63,955 nucleotides of DNA from Armatimonadota bacterium (GCA_031400935.1 JANNQV010000034.1:1-63955), one strand, 5' to 3'. Counted from the first letter of the stretch, positions 37,580 through 47,934 are shown. Numbers and translations are program-made. Notes: generated by a model not told the origin, from the sequence alone.

Positions 37580-38233
37580 ATGACCCTCGATGATCTAAGA
37601 GTCCAAGCCTTGCAATGCACAGCGTGCCCGCTTTCTTCACGGAGGAGGAATGTGGTCTTTGGCGAGGGCAATCCGCGCGCGCCATTGGTGCTGGTCGGTG
37701 AGGGTCCTGGCGAAAACGAGGACGCGACGGGGCGACCTTTCGTCGGAAGAGCCGGCCAGCTCCTTGACAAAGCTCTGCTGGATTGTGGATTGACACGAGA
37801 GCATGTTTACATTTGCAATACAGTGAAATGCCGAGCGTGCGATTGGACGTCTGGGAAGCCTGTGAATCGCGCTCCAACTATTGAAGAAACCGATTCTTGC
37901 CGCCAATGGCTACTGCCTCAGCTTTCCTTGATTGCTCCGAAAGTGATTTTGTGCATCGGGGCTCCGAGCGCAAAAAACCTCATTAAAAGGGATTTCAAAA
38001 TCACTCAAGAGCGGGGGAAGTTTTTTCAATCGGAAATGTCTAAATGCATCATGGCCTGCCTGCATCCCGCATACATTCTAAGACAAATGAACATCTCAGG
38101 CGATGGTGGATATTCGCTGTTGGTGGCTGATATTGCTAAGGCGTGGGAGGCTGCGATTCGATTGCAAGTCAAGGATGAGCCCGACTCGTTGAAGAAAACT
38201 CAAGACGTTCCGCCTCAACATGTTCTATTCTAA
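37580..38233 (+). CDS. Uracil-DNA glycosylase family 4 (Fe-S)
   Basis: 'CTAC.L', 'VGEGPG..ED..GRPFVG.AG', 'N.VKCR', 'HPAYILR'. Confidence 0.92.
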   Translation: MTLDDLRVQALQCTACPLSSRRRNVVFGEGNPRAPLVLVGEGPGENEDATGRPFVGRAGQLLDKALLDCGLTREHVYICNTVKCRACDWTSGKPVNRAPTIEETDSCRQWLLPQLSLIAPKVILCIGAPSAKNLIKRDFKITQERGKFFQSEMSKCIMACLHPAYILRQMNISGDGGYSLLVADIAKAWEAAIRLQVKDEPDSLKKTQDVPPQHVLF

Positions 38234-38239
38234 GAGCAG

Positions 38240-39655
38240 ATGCGCGTCGCCGACCTTTTGAAACTTCTCGAAGAGTGTCCGATCGTCGCCTCGGTTCAGG
38301 CGGATGAGGGGATGCCGCTTGATTTCCCACCGACAATTTGGAGCCTCGCTGAGTCAAGTCTCAATCAGGGTGTTAAGGTGTTGAGGCTTCAAGGTACTGA
38401 GAACATTCGATATGTTCGACAGAGGTTCGATGGTCCGATTATCGGACTCATCAAGAAGCAGTATCCAGATTCTGAGGTTTACATCACGCCGACCGCAAAG
38501 GAAGTTGCAAGACTCATCGAACTTGGTTGCGAAGTGATTGCTTTCGATGCAACCCCACGACACCGCCCAAACAACGAATCCCTAAGCACGTTAGTAAAGA
38601 AGATTCACCAAGCTGGGAGACTAGCACTTGCAGATTGCGATTCATTGGAATCTTGCAGGTTTGCGGCCGATTCGGGTGCGGACATCTTGAGTACAACACT
38701 GTGCGGTTACACGCCGGATTCGCCTCCCGCTGTGAGCCCAAACTTCGAACTAGTGCGGGTTGCTATGGGGCTTGGCAAGCCAGTTCTGGCTGAGGGTCGT
38801 TACTCAGAACCTTGGCAAGTGGAAGTAGCTACGATGATGGGTGCGAAAGGCGTTGTCATTGGTGGGGCCATAAACGACCCAATCAAGCAAACCAAACGGT
38901 TTGTTTCGGCTGCCAATCACTTTTCGGGCCCGGTTGGAGCAGTAGATATTGGTGGAACATGGATGCGGTATGCGTTATTTGGCTTGGATGGCGAGATTGT
39001 TCGAAGGGAAAAAATTGAAACGCTTCCCACTGCGAAGGAGAGACTGGAATGGATTCAATCTCAGGTTCTACTAGATAAGGTTGAACGGGTTGGAATCAGT
39101 TCCGGCGGCACGGTTCATCCACACACGAATACTGTAATCGAATCCAAACCGTTCATTCCAGACAACGAGTGGTGCTGGTTCGACCGAATCTTTCCGTTGC
39201 CGAGAATCGGGAACGTCCAAGCCCTCAACGACGGCCTAGCCACTGCCTGGGGGCACTATTGCCACCCCCAATTCGCTGGAAGACGGGTAGCCACTCTGGC
39301 TTTGGGTACGGGAGTCGGATTCGGGCTTGTAGACAAAGGCCAAATGCTGATGGGGCAGCATGGCGGCTACCCAAGAATCAACGATATTCCCACTGTTTTG
39401 GGCGAGACCTTTGAAGAACTTCTCGGTGGTGCTGCACTGACTCCCGATCCAACTCCAACCCAGAAACTGCGAGCCATCGAAGCTGGCCATTGCGCCGTTC
39501 AATTGATCAACAGCCTGTACTATCCTGATGAAATCGTAGTTTGCGGAGGAGTCGGGCTATGCGATTGGATGGATTTGGGATTGCCGAAAAGCCCGTTTGG
39601 TGCGGATGCTGGACTCTACGGCGCGGCAGCACTAGTGCGGTTTCGGCCGTTTTAG
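38240..39655 (+). CDS. Fusion of N-acetylmannosamine-6-P epimerase (NanE) and ROK-family kinase
   Basis: N-half 'SVQA', 'PIIGLIK', 'VYITPT', 'TTLCGYT', 'AEGR', 'VVIGGAI'; C-half 'AVDIGGT', 'LND', 'LGTGVGFG', 'AGLYGAA'. Confidence 0.85.
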   Translation: MRVADLLKLLEECPIVASVQADEGMPLDFPPTIWSLAESSLNQGVKVLRLQGTENIRYVRQRFDGPIIGLIKKQYPDSEVYITPTAKEVARLIELGCEVIAFDATPRHRPNNESLSTLVKKIHQAGRLALADCDSLESCRFAADSGADILSTTLCGYTPDSPPAVSPNFELVRVAMGLGKPVLAEGRYSEPWQVEVATMMGAKGVVIGGAINDPIKQTKRFVSAANHFSGPVGAVDIGGTWMRYALFGLDGEIVRREKIETLPTAKERLEWIQSQVLLDKVERVGISSGGTVHPHTNTVIESKPFIPDNEWCWFDRIFPLPRIGNVQALNDGLATAWGHYCHPQFAGRRVATLALGTGVGFGLVDKGQMLMGQHGGYPRINDIPTVLGETFEELLGGAALTPDPTPTQKLRAIEAGHCAVQLINSLYYPDEIVVCGGVGLCDWMDLGLPKSPFGADAGLYGAAALVRFRPF

Positions 39656-39664
39656 GTCGTTTCT

Positions 39665-39735
39665 TGTTGCCAATGGCACAAATTCCAGTTAACCAATGAC
39701 CAATAACCAGCAACAAACAACCGGCAACCAACACC
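39665..39735. repeat. 7-periodic CCAATAA/CCAACAA-type tract
   Basis: taaccaa tgaccaa taaccag caacaaa caaccgg caaccaa. Confidence 0.7.
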
Positions 39736-39750
39736 GAACCATAATGATCC

Positions 39751-40950
39751 ATGAACTTGACACGAGAAAAACTAACCCAAGCCGCTGATCTCGTTGCGAA
39801 AAGCGAAGCTGACGTTTGGATCACTTTTGTTCGAGAAACAGCAAGCAATTCAGACCCAGTACTCCCATTGATACTCGAAGGCGGGCTCACTTGGCAGAGC
39901 GCAATGATCGTAACGAAATCTGGAAAGAAAATCGCTGTTTTGGGTAATTTTGATGCCGATCCGCTTATGGCAAGTGGCGATTGGGATGAAGTTATTCCGT
40001 ACATTCAGTCCATTAGAGAGCCGCTCCTAGAAGTTTTGGAGCGAGAAGTCGGTCCTGGCGGCAAGATTGCACTGAACTACTCAACAAATAATGACAAAGC
40101 CGACGGACTCTCTCACGGGATGTATCTAGCGCTCTGCAAGCATCTAGAAGGCACTCGTTTTGAGAATTCGATTGTCAGTGCCGAGACGATTTGCGGCGCG
40201 CTTCGAGGGTTGAAAACGCCGACAGAAATCTCTCGGATCAGAAAGGCACTTGAGGCGACCGACCAGATGTTTGAGGACATAAGCGAGTTTGCAAAAGTCG
40301 GAGTCACTGAGAGAGCAGTTTTCGACCATGTTCATCATTTAGCAAATGAACGCGGCCTCGGCTTCTCTTGGGATCCAAACGGCGACCCGATCGTAAATTC
40401 GGGTCCAAATTCAATGGTCGGCCACGGCATTCCGTCCGACCAAATTCGAATTGAGGCCGGACACATTTTTCATGTAGATTTGGGACTGTTGTGGGAAGGC
40501 TATGCATCGGATATTCAACGAAGCTGGTACGTTTCTTCGTTATCTGAAACCGAAGTACCCCATGACGTCCAACAAGGATTCGATGCTGTACACGGAGCGA
40601 TTTCGGCAGGGGCAACAGTTCTCAAAGGCGGTGTGTGCGGGTGGGAAGTTGATGCTGCTGCTCGTTCATTTTTGGTCTCTCAAGGTTATCCTGAATACAT
40701 GCACGCATTCGGCCATCAAGTAGGAAGGTTTGCCCACGACGGAGGCGCAGTCTTGGGCCCACGATGGGAGCGATATGGAAGCACTCCATTGACTCCAATT
40801 CAAGCTGGCGAAGTTTATACGCTAGAACTAGGAGTTGACATTCGGGGAAGAGGCTATTTGGGAATTGAGGAAATGGTTCATGTTACTGATTCCGGTATCG
40901 ATTGGCTTTCCGAAAAGCAGAACACGATCTGGGTCTTGCAAGGTTCCTAA
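39751..40950 (+). CDS. Xaa-Pro peptidase family M24
   Basis: 'LRGLKTPTEI', 'HVDLG...GYASDIQR', 'HAFGHQVG..HD', 'TLE.G', 'IEEMV'. Confidence 0.9.
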   Translation: MNLTREKLTQAADLVAKSEADVWITFVRETASNSDPVLPLILEGGLTWQSAMIVTKSGKKIAVLGNFDADPLMASGDWDEVIPYIQSIREPLLEVLEREVGPGGKIALNYSTNNDKADGLSHGMYLALCKHLEGTRFENSIVSAETICGALRGLKTPTEISRIRKALEATDQMFEDISEFAKVGVTERAVFDHVHHLANERGLGFSWDPNGDPIVNSGPNSMVGHGIPSDQIRIEAGHIFHVDLGLLWEGYASDIQRSWYVSSLSETEVPHDVQQGFDAVHGAISAGATVLKGGVCGWEVDAAARSFLVSQGYPEYMHAFGHQVGRFAHDGGAVLGPRWERYGSTPLTPIQAGEVYTLELGVDIRGRGYLGIEEMVHVTDSGIDWLSEKQNTIWVLQGS

Positions 40951-41005
40951 CAACCAATTCGCAACACCGTTCGTACTTTGGACGTAAAATCAAAACAACA
41001 GCTTT

Positions 41006-42070
41006 ATGAAAGATTTCGACCGCCGTTATCAACTCATCGTTTTTTGGGTTTTAGTCGCAATCATCATGATTGTTGCAGCCCTCATGCTCGAGCCATTTGT
41101 ACCGGCAATTGTCTGGGCTGTTGTTCTTGCAGTTTTGATGCACCCGCTCTTCCTAAAATTCGGGGGCGAAAAGAACCCAAATATGGCTGCTACAGCCACT
41201 ACTTTGGCTGCTCTCGGCATCATTGGCATTCCTCTCTTGTTGATTGGAGGAGTGCTTTTTGTCCAAGTCAATGGGTTTGTGCACGAATTCCAGGGAGGTG
41301 CCCCACCTGGACAGTCGGTTTTCGATTTGAACTACCTTGGAGCCGAACTTGACAGATCCCTCGGCCCAACAATCCACAACCTTTCGCCAAATTTCACATT
41401 TTCGGGTTGGATTGAGCAGAATCGAGACACAATCGCTGGATCTGTTTCAGCTCCGCTCGGCAAGGTACTCATTTCCTCCACGAAGGGAATTCTGACTTTT
41501 GTCGTCGCATTTTTGACAATGTTCTTTATGCTTAAGGATGGCAAGAGCCTGAAAGAGCCGACGCTTGCGCTCATACCTTTGCCACACGAAACCACTGAGA
41601 ATATTCTGCTCAAATTGGGCAAAACCATCCAAGCCGTATTCAAAAGTGTAGTTCTCGTTGGAATCGCGCAAGGAACGTTGGCAGGGCTTGCGTATTGGGT
41701 TGCTGGAGTTCCAAATTCGCTTATGTGGGGGGTTGCAACGGTGGTCCTTTGCATGGTTCCGCTGCTGGGCGCGCCGATTATCTATTTGCCGATGTCTTTC
41801 TTGCTTGTCATTCAGGGGCATTCGTGGCAAGGGATTGGTTTGGCGGCGTTTTGCTTGATTATTGTCAGTAATATAGACAACATCTTAAAGCCGTGGATTA
41901 TCGGCTCCGAAATTGATTTGCATCCGATGGCGGTGTTCTTTGCGTTGCTTGGCGGACTGTTGTTTTTCGGCCCAGTTGGGTTGATGGCTGGGCCGTTGGT
42001 TCTTACGCTAGTTTTGGCCGTTCATGACGTATTGAGAGAGCGAAGGAAGTTGGCTTCGGAGCCGATCTGA
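41006..42070 (+). CDS. AI-2E family transporter
   Basis: Multi-TM; 'IDNILKP.IIG...LHP...F..LGG...FG.VG...GP'. Confidence 0.9.
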   Translation: MKDFDRRYQLIVFWVLVAIIMIVAALMLEPFVPAIVWAVVLAVLMHPLFLKFGGEKNPNMAATATTLAALGIIGIPLLLIGGVLFVQVNGFVHEFQGGAPPGQSVFDLNYLGAELDRSLGPTIHNLSPNFTFSGWIEQNRDTIAGSVSAPLGKVLISSTKGILTFVVAFLTMFFMLKDGKSLKEPTLALIPLPHETTENILLKLGKTIQAVFKSVVLVGIAQGTLAGLAYWVAGVPNSLMWGVATVVLCMVPLLGAPIIYLPMSFLLVIQGHSWQGIGLAAFCLIIVSNIDNILKPWIIGSEIDLHPMAVFFALLGGLLFFGPVGLMAGPLVLTLVLAVHDVLRERRKLASEPI

Positions 42071-42082
42071 TTTTGGGAGGCA

Positions 42083-43024
42083 TCACGGAGTAAAAATCTG
42101 CCCCATCTTCACAACTTCAAAATCCTGCCCGCGCAAATCTTTGAGCCGGTTGATGTCAGTGTCATTCCACCGTGAATCCGGCACACCAGATAGAAACCAA
42201 TCTCCGCCATTGTCTGCTACAAACATCCCATATTTCTTTAGTGCCCGAAGGATCACTTGGCATACTGCCGGATAGCCAGTTATGTTGAAACTCGCTTTGA
42301 GCCGAACTCTCATTCCCATAGGCGGCAAATTCGCATTAGTGTTGCTTGATGCCCAATGGGTTGCAGGGTGAGTGTAGGCTCTTCTTGTTGCTTGAACTGT
42401 GAACCGTAATGCATGGCGAATTTCGCCGAGCTGAACCGCTTCGTCGTATCTCACTAAGCCTGGGAAAATGGGAAGCCCGGCGGCATCTGCGCTCGTCCAT
42501 CCATCCGGTCGCAAGGCGTTAGATCGCATATTGAAAATCGCCCCTGAACCGCATTGCCATCCGTTTCCTTGCGGGTACGAAGAAAACGTTTCATACAGCT
42601 TCAAAGAGTCACGCTGAATGACAAGAATGTGCCGATCACCAGTTGAACTCGAACCGCCTTCAATCGGAGGATTTGCTGGGATCGGATACGGCCCAGGATC
42701 GCTTTCTTCCCAGTATTCGAAAGAGACTGGAGCAAGCGGCTGTCGCTTTCCAACTACGACGTATGGAATTCCGAATGGCCCTCCATCCCAAAACGCACCG
42801 AAATCGGGATGCAGCCTGTCTAGCAATCCTATTGAAGTGATAATAGCGTTGGAATTTGGATCAATAAGGGCCCCATCAATTGGCGTATTCCAAGGGTTGT
42901 TGTTCGGGAATGGGCGATAACCGCGCATGTTGGCGTTTACACCGAGATTGGGAATGTGATGACCAGACGGTGGTAGTTGGGTTTTGGCTAGGGAAGCAAT
43001 CCCAATTAGTATACAAAGTGACAT
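42083..43024 (-). CDS. Conserved secreted hypothetical protein
   Basis: Long ORF with conserved-looking motifs 'NPWNTPI', 'GDRH', 'WTSADAAGLPIFPGLVRYDE', 'ALKKYGMFVADNG'; start 43024 or 43063. Confidence 0.75.
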   Translation of the reverse strand: MSLCILIGIASLAKTQLPPSGHHIPNLGVNANMRGYRPFPNNNPWNTPIDGALIDPNSNAIITSIGLLDRLHPDFGAFWDGGPFGIPYVVVGKRQPLAPVSFEYWEESDPGPYPIPANPPIEGGSSSTGDRHILVIQRDSLKLYETFSSYPQGNGWQCGSGAIFNMRSNALRPDGWTSADAAGLPIFPGLVRYDEAVQLGEIRHALRFTVQATRRAYTHPATHWASSNTNANLPPMGMRVRLKASFNITGYPAVCQVILRALKKYGMFVADNGGDWFLSGVPDSRWNDTDINRLKDLRGQDFEVVKMGQIFTP

Positions 43025-43093
43025 GGTATTTCCTTTTTGTCGCCACCCGACATTAGAATACACCAGATTTTGGAATCTTGATAGAAATTTGCC

Positions 43094-44167
43094 CTAGTCC
43101 ACCCAATCTGCAGCAAAGATGTTGGTCTCACCACGGACTTTTCCGTTGCGATTGGAAGCCCAGAGGATTTTCTTTCCATCGCGTGAGAACATTGGAAAGC
43201 CGTCGAAGTCAGAAGTGTAAGTTATCCGTTCAAAGAACAAGCCGTTTACATTGATCATCCATAGATCGAATTCCCTTCCCTTTTTGTCCCCAAAGTTAGA
43301 GGCAAAGATGATTCGTTCGTTGTCTGGATGCAGAAACGGGGCGAACGAAGCTGTTCCAAGCGAGGTGATCTGCCGGTTGTTGCTGCCATCGGCGTTCATC
43401 ATCCAAATTTCGAGCTTGCTTGGGCGCACTAAGTGGTCTTTCAGCAAAGCTGAATACTCCGTTCGCTCTTCTGGAGATTTCAAGGTTGAGCGGCGATAGA
43501 CGATAGAACGCCCATCCCAACTGACAAACGGGCCGCCATCGTAGCCGAACTCGTCTGTCAATCTTCGGATATTTTTGCCGTTCAAATCAGAGCGATAGAT
43601 GTCCAAATCGCCTTGGAATGCGCCTGTAAAGGTCATGTATTTGCCGTTCGGATCAATGGTGGTTTCGGCGATGTATTCGTTTCGGTCAAGAACTTTCTGC
43701 AATCCGGTTCCATCCGGACGAACCCTATAGAGGCTGAATTGGGGATTCACCATCCATACATAGCCTTTGCTGTGGTCAATGGCTGGTTGAGCGCCTTCGT
43801 TCTTTTCGTGCGTGCTCGAGAAATAAATCCACTTCATATCCGGCGAAAAATAGCTGCAAGTGCATCGCCCTTTACCGGTGCTGATCAGTTTTTTGCCTGA
43901 GCCATCGGCATTCATCACGATGATCTGCTCATCCGGCCATTCGGGCTGGCGAGTTTGATAAATGATTTTCGTGCCGTCTTTGCTCCAATAGGCCTCTGCG
44001 TTTTGTCCGCCGAAAGTCATTTGGCGAATGTTCTTGATGTGTCGTTCTTTAGGATTGGCTTCGATTGCGAGCGAAGGAGTCCATTGACTCATCGAACTCG
44101 GAATTTGTGTCACGGACATAGGGAGAACGGACGAAGAAAGGGCGACAACGAGCGAAGAAATGATCAT
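43094..44167 (-). CDS. TolB-like PD40 beta-propeller protein
   Basis: Repeated '(F/W)S.DG..I.(Y/F)' blades, 'NAEAYWS', 'FDGFPMFS.DGK'. Confidence 0.88.
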   Translation of the reverse strand: MIISSLVVALSSSVLPMSVTQIPSSMSQWTPSLAIEANPKERHIKNIRQMTFGGQNAEAYWSKDGTKIIYQTRQPEWPDEQIIVMNADGSGKKLISTGKGRCTCSYFSPDMKWIYFSSTHEKNEGAQPAIDHSKGYVWMVNPQFSLYRVRPDGTGLQKVLDRNEYIAETTIDPNGKYMTFTGAFQGDLDIYRSDLNGKNIRRLTDEFGYDGGPFVSWDGRSIVYRRSTLKSPEERTEYSALLKDHLVRPSKLEIWMMNADGSNNRQITSLGTASFAPFLHPDNERIIFASNFGDKKGREFDLWMINVNGLFFERITYTSDFDGFPMFSRDGKKILWASNRNGKVRGETNIFAADWVD

Positions 44168-44383
44168 GAATCTAATATCAGTTTACGCAATAGTATGGAT
44201 TGCTTGTTTCATGATTCGAAGCTTTGGAGCTATACAAAAATGTAAAGGAACTATGGATTGGTATGACTCTCTTGAAATCGCAAAACTCCGATTTCTGGAA
44301 TTCTTGTCGCAATGCCTTGATTTTGGAGAAGTCTGGCGCAACCGACAGGCAACTTTAGTTCGTACACCCCGAAAGGTCCGAAA

Positions 44384-46081
44384 ATGAAATCTCCAATCTC
44401 AAAACTCTTCGTATCAACCGTATTGCTAGCTATCTCGACTGTTGCACTGTCCCAAGGCGTAAAGCCCGAAAACGCTGTGGAATACTTGAAGCTTTCTGCC
44501 GAGGCTGAAACTTTCGTTCGAAGCGGCAATTTCAAAGATGCACTCCCAAAACTCAAGAAGTTAAAGGAGATATATCCGCGAGATGGAGACGTTCGATACT
44601 CACTTGCCCAAGCTCTATTGAATCAAGGCAAACCAAAGGAAGCGATTCCAGAATATCTTGCGGCAATGGAACTCGGAGCGTTTGCGAACAAATTCAAAGC
44701 CAATTGTCTTTACGATTTGGCCTGTTGTTATTCCAAATTGGGCGATTCTTCAAAAGGGTTCTCTTATTTGGGCCAGGCGCTTGACGCAGGGTTTAGAGAC
44801 ATCGGCCACGTTCGGACTGATGAAGACCTTTTGCCACTTCGAACAAACAAAGATTGGATTCGGTTGACCGGGCAAGACGACGTTTCAAAAATGTCACGAG
44901 ATGAAGCCTGGCGATACGATCTGTGGTTTTTGAATCGGGAATTGCGGCGCATTCATTTGAATCCGTATCGAAGTTTCACGCCAAAGCAGTTTGACGATCA
45001 TGTAAAGAAGCTGAATTCTCAAATTCCTAAGCTTGCGGATGAGCAGATCATGGTTGGATTTCAGCGACTGATGGCTATGGCCGGAGACGGTCACACGGGA
45101 ATGCGGCCGGATTTAAAGTCGCCAATGGTCAGGCAACTTCCAGTCCAATTGTTTTGGTTTGAAGACGGGATGTACGTCACGGCGGCATCGAAAGAACATG
45201 CCGATTTAGCAAGTGCAAAAGTCGTGCGAGTTGATGGCAAGAGCATCGAAGAGCTTTTCACGGCATTGAATCCGCTCATTTCACAAGACAATCCAATGAG
45301 CGCGAAAGCTACTTTTTCGCACCGCATTAGCTTTCCTGGGTTGATGTTTGGCGCAGGTGTAGCTTCGAAAAACGATTCTTTAACTCTGAGCATTGTTGAT
45401 ACTACGGGCAAAATTCGAGATGTGAATTTGAAGTGCGATTTAGTGTCGCCAGATGCGACTTGGGTAACCGCTCGCAACGGTGCGACAAACCCTGAACCGC
45501 TATATATGAAGAATCGCCAAAAGGCGTATTTTGCCGAATTTTTGCCAGACCTAGGCACAATGTACGTTCAATACAACGCCGTACGGAATGATCCAGCAGA
45601 GTCGCTGACTTCTTTTTCAGATCGAGTCTTCAAGGAAATGGACGAAAAGCAGATTCAGAAACTGATCCTAGATGTTCGATGGAATGGCGGGGGCAATACA
45701 TTTCTCAGTCGGCCGTTTCATGAAGCCATCATGAGGCGAGAACGATTCAATCAGAAAGGCAATCTCTTCATAATCACAGGCCGAAACACCTTTTCTGCCG
45801 CCCAGAATTTTGTGACCGACATAACGAGATTCAGCAACCCGATTTTGGTTGGTGAGCCGACTGGTTCTTGCCCCAACTTTGTTGGCGAGACCATTCGATT
45901 CACTCTTCCTTTTTCCAAGGCAAATTGCAGCGTTTCTGACCTTTATTGGCAGCGGTCTTGGCCAATGGATCACCGAATTTGGATCGCGCCAGACCTTCCA
46001 GCTCCACCGGTTTTCAGCCTTTACAAAGAGAATCGTGACCCTGCTATGGAGGCGATTCGGGCGTTTCTTGAAGCTAAATGA
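44384..46081 (+). CDS. Secreted TPR plus S41-like peptidase
   Basis: Signal peptide, TPRs ('YDLACCYS'), 'DGHT', 'LDVRWNGGGN', 'TFSAA', 'VGEPTG'. Confidence 0.8.
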   Translation: MKSPISKLFVSTVLLAISTVALSQGVKPENAVEYLKLSAEAETFVRSGNFKDALPKLKKLKEIYPRDGDVRYSLAQALLNQGKPKEAIPEYLAAMELGAFANKFKANCLYDLACCYSKLGDSSKGFSYLGQALDAGFRDIGHVRTDEDLLPLRTNKDWIRLTGQDDVSKMSRDEAWRYDLWFLNRELRRIHLNPYRSFTPKQFDDHVKKLNSQIPKLADEQIMVGFQRLMAMAGDGHTGMRPDLKSPMVRQLPVQLFWFEDGMYVTAASKEHADLASAKVVRVDGKSIEELFTALNPLISQDNPMSAKATFSHRISFPGLMFGAGVASKNDSLTLSIVDTTGKIRDVNLKCDLVSPDATWVTARNGATNPEPLYMKNRQKAYFAEFLPDLGTMYVQYNAVRNDPAESLTSFSDRVFKEMDEKQIQKLILDVRWNGGGNTFLSRPFHEAIMRRERFNQKGNLFIITGRNTFSAAQNFVTDITRFSNPILVGEPTGSCPNFVGETIRFTLPFSKANCSVSDLYWQRSWPMDHRIWIAPDLPAPPVFSLYKENRDPAMEAIRAFLEAK

Positions 46082-46178
46082 CACCCTGAATCAAACCTAA
46101 AATGGTATACTTTGACTTCGAATCACTGCCGCACATGATGCCGGGTTGCCCGGGTGGATGCGATAGCGGAGTTAATAT

Positions 46179-47825
46179 ATGGCAAAAATTGAAGCAGAAA
46201 TTCTGTCAGCTGCGGCTGGCAACCTGGAAGTTGAAGAGAAGTCAGATTCCAACCTGATTCTTGAAGAATGGGCCAACAAAGACTACGAGTGGGGCTGGAC
46301 TTCGAACATCGAGGCAGACACTTTTGAACCGGGCCTGAACGAAGACGTAATCAAAGCCCTCTCCCTGAAAAAAGGCGAACCTCAATGGATGCTCGATTGG
46401 CGACTCAAAGCCTACAAGCACTTCCTCACTCTGAAAGAGCCAACTTGGCCGAACGTCAATTACGAACCTGTTGATTTGCAATCCATCAGCTATTATTCGG
46501 CTCCAAAAATGAAGCCTCTGTTGGATAGTCTGGAAGACGCTGATCCAGAAATACTCAAGACTTTCCAAAAGCTAGGGATTCCAGTTGAAGAGCAAAAAGT
46601 GCTCCTCAACGTGAAAGGGGCGGCGGCGAGTGCAGCGGATGCTCTTGTGAGTTCTGGCGAAAAGCCCCTCCCTTTTTCGAGGAACGAGAAAGAGGGAGGG
46701 GTTGGGGAGGGAGTTGTGCCGGACCAGCCAAAACAAAGGCCCAACGTCGCTGTTGACGCCGTCCTCGACTCCGTCTCAGTCGTCACCACTTTCAAAGCAG
46801 AACTCGCCAAGCACGGAATCATTTTCTGCTCGATGGGCGAGGCGATCCAAGAACACGGCGAACTTGTTCAAAAATACTTAGGCTCAGTTGTGCCCTATAG
46901 CGATAACTATTACGCAACTCTGAACTCGGCGGTATTCACTGATGGCAGTTTTGTCTATATTCCTAAAGGCGTTCGATGCCCGATGGAATTGAGCACCTAT
47001 TTCCGAATCAATGCCGCAAATACCGGTCAATTTGAACGAACGCTAATCGTCGCCGAGGAAGGCGCATTTGTCAGCTATCTGGAAGGTTGCACCGCCCCGA
47101 TGCGAGACGAAAACCAGCTTCACGCCGCAGTTGTTGAACTCGTCGCGATTGGTGACGACGCGACAATCAAGTATTCGACCGTTCAAAACTGGTATCCCGG
47201 CGACAAAAAGACCGGCAAAGGCGGCATCTTCAACTTCGTGACCAAACGCGCGATCTGCATGGGCAAGCGAAGCAAGGTCACTTGGACTCAGGTGGAAACA
47301 GGTTCGGCGATCACTTGGAAATATCCAAGCGTTATCCTCAAAGGCGACTACAGCATTGGCGAGTTTTACAGCGTTGCCCTGACTGCCAATAAACAGCAGG
47401 CAGACACCGGCACCAAGATGATCCACATCGGGAAGAACACCCGTTCGACCATCGTTGCAAAAGGGATTTCGGCTGGAAACGGGCAGAACACCTATCGCGG
47501 TTTGGTGCGGGTGAATCCCGGCGCCGATAACGCCAGGAACTACTCACAATGCGATTCGATGCTTATGGGCGACCGTTGCGGCGCTCACACATTCCCCTAT
47601 ATTGAGGTCAAAAACCCAACTGCAACAGTCGAGCACGAGGCCTCAACTTCCAAGATCGGCGAAGACCAGATTTTCTACATGAACCAGCGCGGAATCGCCT
47701 TGGAAGATGCAGTAAACATGATCGTGTCTGGATTCTGCAAAGAGGTCTTCCGGGAGCTTCCTATGGAGTTTGCTGTTGAGGCGCAGAAGTTACTTGGAGT
47801 GAGTTTGGAAGGAAGCGTCGGGTAG
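46179..47825 (+). CDS. sufB: Fe-S cluster assembly protein SufB
   Basis: '[22 protein letters not shown]', 'YLEGCTAP', 'ITWKYPS', 'HEASTSKI'; carries an insertion of about 40-45 aa near residues 145-190. Confidence 0.97.
   Translation: MAKIEAEILSAAAGNLEVEEKSDSNLILEEWANKDYEWGWTSNIEADTFEPGLNEDVIKALSLKKGEPQWMLDWRLKAYKHFLTLKEPTWPNVNYEPVDLQSISYYSAPKMKPLLDSLEDADPEILKTFQKLGIPVEEQKVLLNVKGAAASAADALVSSGEKPLPFSRNEKEGGVGEGVVPDQPKQRPNVAVDAVLDSVSVVTTFKAELAKHGIIFCSMGEAIQEHGELVQKYLGSVVPYSDNYYATLNSAVFTDGSFVYIPKGVRCPMELSTYFRINAANTGQFERTLIVAEEGAFVSYLEGCTAPMRDENQLHAAVVELVAIGDDATIKYSTVQNWYPGDKKTGKGGIFNFVTKRAICMGKRSKVTWTQVETGSAITWKYPSVILKGDYSIGEFYSVALTANKQQADTGTKMIHIGKNTRSTIVAKGISAGNGQNTYRGLVRVNPGADNARNYSQCDSMLMGDRCGAHTFPYIEVKNPTATVEHEASTSKIGEDQIFYMNQRGIALEDAVNMIVSGFCKEVFRELPMEFAVEAQKLLGVSLEGSVG
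46663..46715. repeat. Palindromic element copy located in frame inside sufB
   Basis: agcccctccctttttcgaggaacgagaaagagggaggggttggggagggagtt; shares cgaggaacgag and aaagagg.aggggttgggg..ggagtt with 33062-33116. Confidence 0.85.
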
Positions 47826-47934
47826 CTCTCGTATGAGTCTGTGACGTTTCTGTGACGTTGTGAGCTTTAGAATATTCCGTAGAGGGAACCAAGCAACCAG
47901 AGATTCTGGTTTGGGCACCTAAAGGGAGAAGAAT

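Noticed and set aside
37580..38233. UdgX-type suicide glycosylase
   Set aside because: Lacks the KRRIH loop; ordinary family-4 UDG.
46610..46745. Intein in SufB
   Set aside because: Far too short, with no Cys/Ser start and His-Asn end; better explained by the palindromic element.
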